Shown here: positions 10,020-17,291 of the stretch, one piece after another
How positions within the stretch are numbered: the first letter of the stretch is position 1
How the letters are laid out: every line of letters begins with the position of its first letter
Assembly (NCBI GenBank): GCA_910584085.1
Contig: CAJTZY010000001.1
Coordinates: forward strand, 172,567-204,566
DNA from: an uncultured Bacilli bacterium
Lineage (GTDB): Bacteria > Bacillota_I > Bacilli_A > RF39 > UBA660
Reading direction: 5' to 3'
DNA length: 32,000 bases
Translations under genes and position numbers: made by a program
The notes under the pieces: model-generated
What the model was told of the DNA's origin: nothing
Database searches by the model: none
What the model saw: the letters and a program-made list of their open reading frames with translations, nothing else

Positions 10020-10841
10020 ATGGCTAGAAAAACCTTGACACAAACCTTACCATTTTTAAGACCAATAAGAGTTTTTCAAAGAAACCTATTTTATCAAATA
10101 TCTATGTATTTTGATAAAAATAAATATTCAAAGAATTTTGGTAATTTATTAGGGTATGAAGTATGTAATGCGAAAACACTTATGATTAATGAAAATAGTG
10201 GACAAGATATAATATATCAAAAAAATAAAGTAGATAATTTAAAAATAACAAGTAAAACAATGAATAGAGTACTTATTTATCCAGGTGAGGTATTTTCATT
10301 TTGTTATTTAGCTAAGAATAGCAAAAAATACGGAAAATACAAAAAAGGACTTATTTTAGTTAATGGAAAAATAGTCAAAGAAAAGGGTGGAGGAATATGT
10401 CATCTAAGTAATTTATTGTACTATTTGTTTTTAATGAGTCCTCTTGATATAGTTGAAAGACATGGACATAAATTTAAATCATTTCCAAATCCTGATGAAA
10501 ATTCTTTAGAAGGAATAGATGCTACAATAAGTAGCGGCTGGTTAGATTTAAAAGTAAAAAATAATACAAATAATATATATCAAATTGTAATTGACTTTGA
10601 CGATGATTATATGTACGCTAAAATACTTACAAATAATAATGTTAATGTAAAATATTCTATTATTAATAGTAATTTTAAATACATAAAAAAGAATAATAAA
10701 ATATATGAAAATGTATCAGTTGTTAAAATAATTAAAGATAAAAACACTAATGAAATGATATCTAGTCGAAAGTTATATGATGAAGTTGTAGAGGTAAGGT
10801 ACAAATTACCTGATAGTGTAAAAATAGAGGAGGAATTATGA
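10020..10841 (+). CDS. vanW: VanW family protein
   Basis: ORF 9984..10841. AAAGGAG at 10006-10012 favours the ATG at 10020. It has the VanW-like core GEVFSF...GGGICHLSNLLYY. It is coupled to the downstream ligase gene by an ATGA overlap. Confidence 0.85.
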   Translation: MARKTLTQTLPFLRPIRVFQRNLFYQISMYFDKNKYSKNFGNLLGYEVCNAKTLMINENSGQDIIYQKNKVDNLKITSKTMNRVLIYPGEVFSFCYLAKNSKKYGKYKKGLILVNGKIVKEKGGGICHLSNLLYYLFLMSPLDIVERHGHKFKSFPNPDENSLEGIDATISSGWLDLKVKNNTNNIYQIVIDFDDDYMYAKILTNNNVNVKYSIINSNFKYIKKNNKIYENVSVVKIIKDKNTNEMISSRKLYDEVVEVRYKLPDSVKIEEEL

Positions 10842-11881
10842 GTAAAATAAAAGTTGCTATAATTTTTGGTGGATGTTCTAGTGAATATCAAGTTTCACTA
10901 GTATCTGCATCATCAGTTATTAGAAATATGAATAAAGAAAAATATGAAGTTATAATGATAGGAATAACAAAAATAGGAGATTTTTATTTATATAATGGAG
11001 ATATAGACTCTATAGAAAAAGATAATTGGTTTAATGAATCAAGAGTGGAAAAAATAACATTTTCAAGTAACAAGAGTGATAAGGGATTTATTATTTTAAA
11101 AACTGGTGAACTTGTAAAAATTGATATTGTATTTCCTATTTTACATGGAAAAAATGGAGAAGATGGTAGACTTCAAGGATTAATGGAACTATCTGATATT
11201 AAATATATCGGTTGTAATATGATATCATCCTCTATTTGTATGGATAAATATATATCAAAAAAATTAGTAGAGATGAGTGGTATACCAACTTCAAAGTCCT
11301 ATTCATTTAGTAGTTTAGATAGTTATAGTGATATAGAAGATAAAATTAGTGATTTAAACTATCCTATATTTGTAAAACCACTCGCATCTGGCTCATCATA
11401 TGGAATTACTAAAGTGAAATCCAAAAAAAATTTAAAAGATGCAATCAAAAAAGCTTTCACTTATGATGATGAAATAATAATAGAGGAAAATATAGATGGA
11501 TTTGAAGTTGGTTGCGCGATAATGGGAAATAAAGAACTCATAATAGGTGAGGTTGATGAAATAGAACTAAGTACTGATTTTTTTGATTATACAGAAAAAT
11601 ACACACTAAAAACGAGTAAGATTCATGTACCTGCTAGATTAGATGAAGATATAAGAAAGCAAATTAAAATGACTGCATTAAGTATATATAAAACACTTAA
11701 ATGTTCTAATCTTGCAAGGGTAGATATGTTCTATACTAAGGATAAAAAAATTGTCTTTAATGAGGTAAATACTTTACCAGGTTTCACCTCACACAGTAGA
11801 TATCCTAGTATGCTAAAGAAAAGCGGATATTCTTTTAGTGAAATTATTGATAAATTAATAGAACTAGGACTTAAAAAATGA
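10838..11881 (+). CDS. vanG: D-alanine--D-serine ligase, VanG-like (Ddl family)
   Basis: Ddl/ATP-grasp motifs are present: KVAIIFGG.S.EY.VSL, FPILHGKNGEDGRLQG, NEVNTLPGFTSHSRYP. The omega-loop region EIELSTDFFDYTEKYTLKTSKI matches what I recall of VanG-class ligases. It sits next to vanXY and a racemase, and there is no vanH. Confidence 0.85.
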   Translation: MSKIKVAIIFGGCSSEYQVSLVSASSVIRNMNKEKYEVIMIGITKIGDFYLYNGDIDSIEKDNWFNESRVEKITFSSNKSDKGFIILKTGELVKIDIVFPILHGKNGEDGRLQGLMELSDIKYIGCNMISSSICMDKYISKKLVEMSGIPTSKSYSFSSLDSYSDIEDKISDLNYPIFVKPLASGSSYGITKVKSKKNLKDAIKKAFTYDDEIIIEENIDGFEVGCAIMGNKELIIGEVDEIELSTDFFDYTEKYTLKTSKIHVPARLDEDIRKQIKMTALSIYKTLKCSNLARVDMFYTKDKKIVFNEVNTLPGFTSHSRYPSMLKKSGYSFSEIIDKLIELGLKK

Positions 11882-12615
11882 AAAAATATATACTTAAACA
11901 CTCGGATATTTATAAAGGCAATTTAATATTAGTAAATAAAGAACACAAAATAAATACGGAAATTAATTCAAATAATCTAGTTTCATTTAATAATAATTAT
12001 AGCAATATATTACTTGATGAATCTGCAAATAAGTTTTTACAAATTATATTAAAAGAAATTAATGGTTTAAATCAAATTATTCCAGTAAGTGGATATAGAA
12101 GCTTAATGGAGCAAGAAGAAATTTATTTTTCATCTATAAAAGAAAATGGTGAAGACTTTACAAAAAAATATGTCGCACTACCAAATTCTAGTGAGCATCA
12201 AACAGGCCTTGCTATAGACTTAGGACTTAATACTGGAAAAATAGATTTTATAAGACCATCATTTCCAAATAGTAGAATTTGTGATAATTTTAGAAAAACA
12301 TCAATAAATTATGGATTTATAGAAAGATATGAAAGTGAAAAAGAAAATATAACAGGTATAGGTAAAGAAGAATGGCATTTTAGATATGTTGGTTATCCAC
12401 ATTCAGTTATTATGAAGGAAAAAAATCTTTGTTTAGAAGAATACATAAATTATTTAAGGCAGTATGAAAAAGATAGTTTAAAATATAAAAATTATGAGAT
12501 ATCTTACATACCTTATAATAATGAAGATATAGAACTAACAATAGAAAATAATACAGTAATATCAGGAAACAATGTAGATGGATTTATAATTACAAGGAAT
12601 ATGCATGAAAAATAA
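11878..12615 (+). CDS. vanXY: bifunctional D,D-dipeptidase/D,D-carboxypeptidase VanXY (M15 family)
   Basis: Zn-ligand and catalytic motifs SGYRS..EQ, SEHQTGLAIDL and EEWHFRYVG. ATGA overlap with the ligase gene. Confidence 0.88.
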   Translation: MKKYILKHSDIYKGNLILVNKEHKINTEINSNNLVSFNNNYSNILLDESANKFLQIILKEINGLNQIIPVSGYRSLMEQEEIYFSSIKENGEDFTKKYVALPNSSEHQTGLAIDLGLNTGKIDFIRPSFPNSRICDNFRKTSINYGFIERYESEKENITGIGKEEWHFRYVGYPHSVIMKEKNLCLEEYINYLRQYEKDSLKYKNYEISYIPYNNEDIELTIENNTVISGNNVDGFIITRNMHEK

Positions 12616-13627
12616 TGTAAAAATTAATCTTGATAAATTTAGATTTCTAGCTGCCCTTTTAGTAATTTCAATACATACATATCCATTTTTAAATATAAAT
12701 AGTGAAATAGACTATATTATTACTAGAGTACTTGCAAGAACTTTAGTTCCATTTTTCCTTATGACAACCGGTTATTTTCTTATTCCAAAGGCACTTAAAC
12801 ATAAAGAAATATTAAATGGTTATGTAAAGAAGATAATAAAAATATATATTATTTGTATCTTAATTTATTTACCTATAAATATTTATACAAAGGGCCTTGA
12901 TAATCTAAACCTTATAAATATCCTTAAAGGCATATTTATAGATGGAACCTTCTATCACCTATGGTATTTCCCCGCACTTATTCTAGGAATTTTAATAACT
13001 TGTACAATACTAAAAAAATTAAATAATAAAAAATCCTTTATCATATTCATTATTCTTTATTTAATAGGATTATTTGGTGATAGTTATTATGGCTTAATTA
13101 AAAATACAATATTTGAAAATGTTTATAACTATATATTTATGATTTCAAATTATACAAGAAATGGATTATTTTATGTACCTATATTTTTGTATTTAGGTTA
13201 TACATTTAATACCCATAATTATAACATTACTAAAAAACAGAATATAATACTTTTAATACTTTTCAGTATTTTATTAGGACTTGAGGGATATAACTTATAC
13301 TTATTAGATATACCAAGACATAACAGTATGTATTTAACATTAATACCATGCATGATTTTATTATTTAATCTGCTAATTAAAACAAATGATACACAAAGTA
13401 GAAACTTAAGAGAAATATCAGAACTTATATATATTATTCATCCTATGTCAATTATTTTTATAAGAGGTATTGCTAAATTTATTAAACTGGAAAACATTAT
13501 GATAAATAATAATTTTATTCATTATATATGTGTAGTAATTTTAACTTTAATTATATGTATTATATTTATAAAAATAAAGGAAGTAATAAAACATGGCTTT
13601 AGAAAAAGAAGAAACTTCACTATCTAG
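12605..13627 (+). CDS. vanT: VanT membrane (acyltransferase-3-like) domain protein, the N-terminal part of the serine racemase VanT
   Basis: Polytopic membrane protein of about 10 TM helices, directly upstream of the racemase ORF and overlapping it by 35 nt. This corresponds to the N-terminal half of single-chain VanT proteins. Confidence 0.8.
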   Translation: MKNNVKINLDKFRFLAALLVISIHTYPFLNINSEIDYIITRVLARTLVPFFLMTTGYFLIPKALKHKEILNGYVKKIIKIYIICILIYLPINIYTKGLDNLNLINILKGIFIDGTFYHLWYFPALILGILITCTILKKLNNKKSFIIFIILYLIGLFGDSYYGLIKNTIFENVYNYIFMISNYTRNGLFYVPIFLYLGYTFNTHNYNITKKQNIILLILFSILLGLEGYNLYLLDIPRHNSMYLTLIPCMILLFNLLIKTNDTQSRNLREISELIYIIHPMSIIFIRGIAKFIKLENIMINNNFIHYICVVILTLIICIIFIKIKEVIKHGFRKRRNFTI

Positions 13628-14729
13628 TAGAGCTTGGATAGAAATAAATGTAGAAAATTTAATTTATAACATAAAACAAATAGAAAATATAATACCCAAG
13701 GATACTAAAATAATGGCAGTCGTTAAGGCAAATGCTTATGGGCATGGTATGATTACTATATCTAAAATATTAGAGGAGTATGGTATAAATGATTTTGCAG
13801 TTGCAACAATTGAAGAGGGAATAACTTTAAGAAAAAATGGACTAAAAGGAAATATTTTAATACTAGGATATACAGACCTAAGTAAAATAGAGGATATAAT
13901 AAAATATAATTTAATTCAAACTATAGTAGACTATGAATATGCATATAAGTTATCAACACTTAATTTATCAAAAAAAGTTAAAGTACATATTAAAATAAAT
14001 ACTGGAATGAATAGACTAGGAGAAAGTTATAAAAATATTGATAGTATTAAAAAAATATATAAATTTAAAAACCTTAATATTCTTGGAATATATACCCATC
14101 TTGTAGCACCAGATAGTCTTTTAAAAGAAGATATAAAATTTACACAAAGTCAAATAAATAATTTTTATACTTTAATAAATATATTAAAAACTGAAGGATA
14201 TAATGTAGGAAAAATACATATTCAAAGTAGTTATGGAATTCTAAATTATTCGAATCTTAAATGTGACTATGTAAGACCGGGGATTATTATGTATGGAGTT
14301 TGTAGTGGGAACACTAGGATAAAAATAAATCTTAAGCCAGTTCTTTCATTAAAGGCTAAAGTAACGAGTATTAAATATATAGCTAAAAATGAACCAGTTA
14401 GTTATGGTAGAAAATATATAACAAATAAAAACATTAAAATAGCAACTGTCTCTATTGGATATGCAGATGGATTGCCTAGAAGTTTATCACTCAAAAACAC
14501 TAAAGTACTTATAAATAATCATTATGCCGAAATTATTGGTAGAATTTGTATGGATCAGTTAATAATAGACATATCTAATTTAAATGTAAAAGTAGGGGAT
14601 GCAGTTACACTAATAGGTGATAAATATTATATTAGAGCAAATTTTATAGCAAAAAAAGCAAGTACAATACCAAATGAATTATTAAGTAGATTAGGTAATA
14701 GACTAGAATATAAAATAGTAAAAAATTAA
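13593..14729 (+). CDS. vanT: PLP-dependent serine/alanine racemase, the C-terminal part of VanT
   Basis: Alr-family motifs: PLP-lysine AVVKANAYGHG, plus NTGMNRLG and VSYG...A.V.IGYADG. It has its own AAGGAAG RBS 9 nt upstream of the ATG at 13593. Confidence 0.88.
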   Translation: MALEKEETSLSSRAWIEINVENLIYNIKQIENIIPKDTKIMAVVKANAYGHGMITISKILEEYGINDFAVATIEEGITLRKNGLKGNILILGYTDLSKIEDIIKYNLIQTIVDYEYAYKLSTLNLSKKVKVHIKINTGMNRLGESYKNIDSIKKIYKFKNLNILGIYTHLVAPDSLLKEDIKFTQSQINNFYTLINILKTEGYNVGKIHIQSSYGILNYSNLKCDYVRPGIIMYGVCSGNTRIKINLKPVLSLKAKVTSIKYIAKNEPVSYGRKYITNKNIKIATVSIGYADGLPRSLSLKNTKVLINNHYAEIIGRICMDQLIIDISNLNVKVGDAVTLIGDKYYIRANFIAKKASTIPNELLSRLGNRLEYKIVKN

Positions 14730-14832
14730 ATCAGTTTATTTAATAATATTCTTATTACATTTTATATTTATATTTTGATAATAAGGCTTTTTTCTTTTTT
14801 TTAAAAAAATTTAAAAATAAAATAAGGAAGTA

Positions 14833-14877
14833 TGCTATAATATAACTGTTGTGAGTAATAAAGTTAACTTAATACTC
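14833..14877 (+). promoter_or_regulatory. candidate DGR promoter (extended -10) followed by an imperfect inverted repeat
   Basis: TGcTATAAT at 14833-14841. Imperfect palindrome gagtaataaagtt/aacttaatactc at 14853-14877, centred on gttaac, upstream of the avd RBS. Confidence 0.35.
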
Positions 14878-14904
14878 ATTAACTAGTTAGAGGTTATAGT
14901 TAAA

Positions 14905-15486
14905 ATGTATCAAGTAAGTAGAGATAGTAATTTAAAAATTCCCAAAAAAATTGAAATAAATTATAAAAATATAAATAGTAATGATGAAATAATTGCTATA
15001 AAAAAAGCTATTTGTATAGCCAAAGATAAAAAATATATAAATAATTTAAGTAGCAATCTAAAAATAACTGATAAGGAACTAGATCTAGTATCAAAAATAC
15101 CATGTAATTCGAACGACCTAGTAGTTATAACAACAATGAAAAAATTGGGAGCTTATGTAATTACAATAACAGAAAAGTCCCCTAAAAAATTTAGAAGGGT
15201 ATTTGTAAATAGAATGCAAAATTATTGTTTAGAAACGTTAGAATATTTACTTGAAGCTAATTTTATTAGAATAGATTCAATAGATAAGAAACTACAAAGA
15301 GAAGAATTACAAAAAGAGGCAATAATTAAGTTAAAACTTTTAGGATATATTTCTATGGTCGCACAATCATCTGGGTGTATTTTAGGCAGACAATATAAAC
15401 AAATTTCTATTCAGCTAACTAAAGTAATTAATTTAATAATTGCCTGGAAAAAAAGTGACGATGATAGATGGAAATTAAAAAAATAG
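14905..15486 (+). CDS. avd: DGR accessory variability determinant (Avd-like four-helix-bundle protein) with an N-terminal extension of about 70 aa
   Basis: The C-terminal ~120 aa are basic and helical (SPKKFRRVFVNRMQNYCLETLEYLLEA ... QISIQLTKVINLIIAWKKS), which parallels the Avd pattern. The gene lies immediately 5' of the TR and RT. Confidence 0.75.
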   Translation: MYQVSRDSNLKIPKKIEINYKNINSNDEIIAIKKAICIAKDKKYINNLSSNLKITDKELDLVSKIPCNSNDLVVITTMKKLGAYVITITEKSPKKFRRVFVNRMQNYCLETLEYLLEANFIRIDSIDKKLQREELQKEAIIKLKLLGYISMVAQSSGCILGRQYKQISIQLTKVINLIIAWKKSDDDRWKLKK

Positions 15487-15557
15487 GATTATAAGTTGAA
15501 AGACTTTTAATTAAGGGAAAAATTAAATTGTGAGGCCACTTGTCCTAGTCCTTAGTT

Positions 15558-15631
15558 CGCCCGCGCGGTTAACTAAAACGGAAATAAGAATTGGAATAAT
15601 GTTAATAAACGTGATGGTGGTTGTCGTCCAG
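15558..15631 (+). repeat. DGR template repeat (TR)
   Basis: GC-rich ends (cgcccgcgcggtt ... gtgatggtggttgtcgtccag) around an A-rich core with 24 adenines. In the VR frame it carries 7 AAY codons. It matches VR 17219-17291 at every C, G and T. Confidence 0.92.
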
Positions 15632-15844
15632 ATTCACTTTTGAAGAGATTTATTGTAATCTAAAAAACAAGTGAGAGAATATATTTTATGTGAGATATGT
15701 GAGTACTGTAAAGTGAAGGAATTTTTCTCTTTTCTAATCGCTAAAAGGAATTAGTGCGATGGGAAAATTGTTGACACCTACACAACCAACAAATATTATA
15801 TATATTTTTTGGGAGTTATAAGAGGTGTTTTTTTAGGAGTAAAT
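15632..15844 (+). ncRNA. DGR spacer RNA region between the TR and the RT start (part of the TR-containing transcript)
   Basis: Non-coding stretch between the TR and the RT RBS (AGGAG at 15835-15839). The call rests on its position in the DGR architecture only; I did not resolve any structure. Confidence 0.4.
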
Positions 15845-16864
15845 ATGAAGTTAAATGAAATTTTTAATTTTGAAAATTTGTATAGAGCACATAAAAATTG
15901 CCGTAAATCTAAACAACATAAAGGTGAAGTAATAAGATTTGAAACTAATTTAAGTGCCAATATAATGAATATAATAGATGAAATATGCACAAAAAAATAT
16001 AAATTAGGGAAATATAAAAGATTTCTCATTTATGAACCAAAAGAAAGATTAATAGAGGCACTTCCTTATAAAGATAGAGTAGTTATAAGGTGTTTTTGTG
16101 ATGCATGTCTAAAAGATAGAATAGAAAAAAAATTAATTTTTGATAATGCAGCTTGCAGAGTAGGCAAAGGTACTAATTTTTCAATACAAAGATTACATAA
16201 ATTTTTAAGAAGTGAATATATAAAAGAAAATAATAATGAAATATATTTTTTAAAGTGTGATATTAAGAAATATTTTCCAAGTATTAATCATAATATTTTG
16301 ATAAATTTATTAGAGAAGGTTGGATTTTCAAGTGATGAGATGTGGTTTATTAAAAAGATTATATGTGAACAACCAAGTAATAGAGATGTTGGCTTACCAC
16401 TTGGAAATCAATCAAGCCAGTGGTTCGCACTTTTATATTTAAATGAAATAGATAGATTAATTAAGGAAAAGTTGAGAGTTAAGTGCTATGTAAGATATAT
16501 GGATGATATGATTTTAATTCATAGAGATAAAAAATTTTTAAGGGAGTGTAAGGATCTTATAGAGAGAATGTGTAAAGATAGACTTAAACTATCATTAAAC
16601 CAGAAAACTGGAATAGGTAAAGTAAGCAATGGAATAGATTTTTTAGGATATCGGCATATTTTAAATTGTAGAGGACGCGTTATAATTAAGCTTAGGGCAT
16701 CTTCTAAAATTAGATTGAAAAGACATATTAAAACACTAATGAAACTTAGGAAAAACGAGGTAGTTGATGACAATTATATTTTATTACGTAAAAATTCATT
16801 TTATGAACATATAAGATTAACTAATGAAAGTAAAGAATTAAAAAATATTGTTATACCTAAATAA
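15845..16864 (+). CDS. DGR reverse transcriptase
   Basis: ORF 15809..16864. AGGAG at 15835-15839 favours the ATG at 15845. LGNQSSQ at 16400-16420 is the DGR-type [ILV]GxxxSQ motif. YMDD catalytic motif at 16496-16507. There is no maturase/En domain and no intron RNA. Confidence 0.92.
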   Translation: MKLNEIFNFENLYRAHKNCRKSKQHKGEVIRFETNLSANIMNIIDEICTKKYKLGKYKRFLIYEPKERLIEALPYKDRVVIRCFCDACLKDRIEKKLIFDNAACRVGKGTNFSIQRLHKFLRSEYIKENNNEIYFLKCDIKKYFPSINHNILINLLEKVGFSSDEMWFIKKIICEQPSNRDVGLPLGNQSSQWFALLYLNEIDRLIKEKLRVKCYVRYMDDMILIHRDKKFLRECKDLIERMCKDRLKLSLNQKTGIGKVSNGIDFLGYRHILNCRGRVIIKLRASSKIRLKRHIKTLMKLRKNEVVDDNYILLRKNSFYEHIRLTNESKELKNIVIPK

Positions 16865-16887
16865 TTGCAAATTATTTATTTGCAATT
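16863..16887 (+). other. perfect 10-bp hairpin between the RT and the target gene
   Basis: aattgcaaat (16863-16872) pairs with atttgcaatt (16878-16887) around a 5-nt loop. There is no strong T-run, so it could be an attenuator, a processing site or a weak terminator. Confidence 0.4.
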
Positions 16888-17218
16888 ATAAATTTTATAA
16901 AGAACAAAGTGTACTTTTTTTGATATTATTAGTAAATTTTGATGTAAATAATTTAAAAATAATATAAAATATGCTATACTTAAAATAGGTGATGTAAATG
17001 AATAAAATTAATTTAACACTTTTAACAGTAGAAGAAATTTTTGGAAGTGATAAGAAGAAGCCGTTAGAAATATTTGAAAAATATGGAACAAAAGCAGCAA
17101 TAACAGATTTTTCAGTAGCCTTAGGAGGATATATAAATGATAACTTCTTTACTGATGATGGTAAATCATTAGCTAATAGAACAGGATGGTGGTGGACCAA
17201 AAGTCCAATAAACAACGA

Positions 17219-17291
17219 CGCCCGCGCGGTTGACTGGATCGGGAGTAAGGGTTGGATAGTGTTAATGAACGTGGTGGTGGTTGTCGTCCAG
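17219..17291 (+). repeat. DGR variable repeat (VR)
   Basis: 73 nt. Compared with the TR there are 11 substitutions, all at TR adenines, plus one A deleted. The invariant 3' end gtggtggttgtcgtccag looks like an IMH. The VR covers codons ~75-98 of the target. Confidence 0.92.

Larger units (their letters stand above)
14905..17291 (+). mobile_element. diversity-generating retroelement cassette (avd - TR - RT, with the VR in the downstream target gene)
   Basis: Avd-like ORF, a 74-nt TR, an RT with the DGR-type LGNQSSQ motif, and a cognate VR that differs only at TR adenines. Confidence 0.9.

Noticed and set aside
10838-11881. The cluster might be a vanA/vanB/vanD-type (D-Ala-D-Lac) cluster.
   Set aside because: There is no vanH-like dehydrogenase and no separate vanX. 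Instead a fused vanXY-type M15 enzyme and a serine/alanine racemase are present, which is the D-Ser architecture.
15558-15631. The TR might be a coding fragment or a second pseudo-target.
   Set aside because: It is not inside any ORF, it contains an in-frame TAA, and it sits in the avd-RT spacer, exactly where DGR templates lie.
15809-16864. The RT might be a group II intron, retron or Abi-type reverse transcriptase.
   Set aside because: It has no maturase or endonuclease extension and no intron domain V/VI-like RNA around it. I saw no msr/msd-style inverted repeats. It has the DGR-type LGNQSSQ motif, an adjacent Avd-like gene and a TR/VR pair with A-only mismatches.
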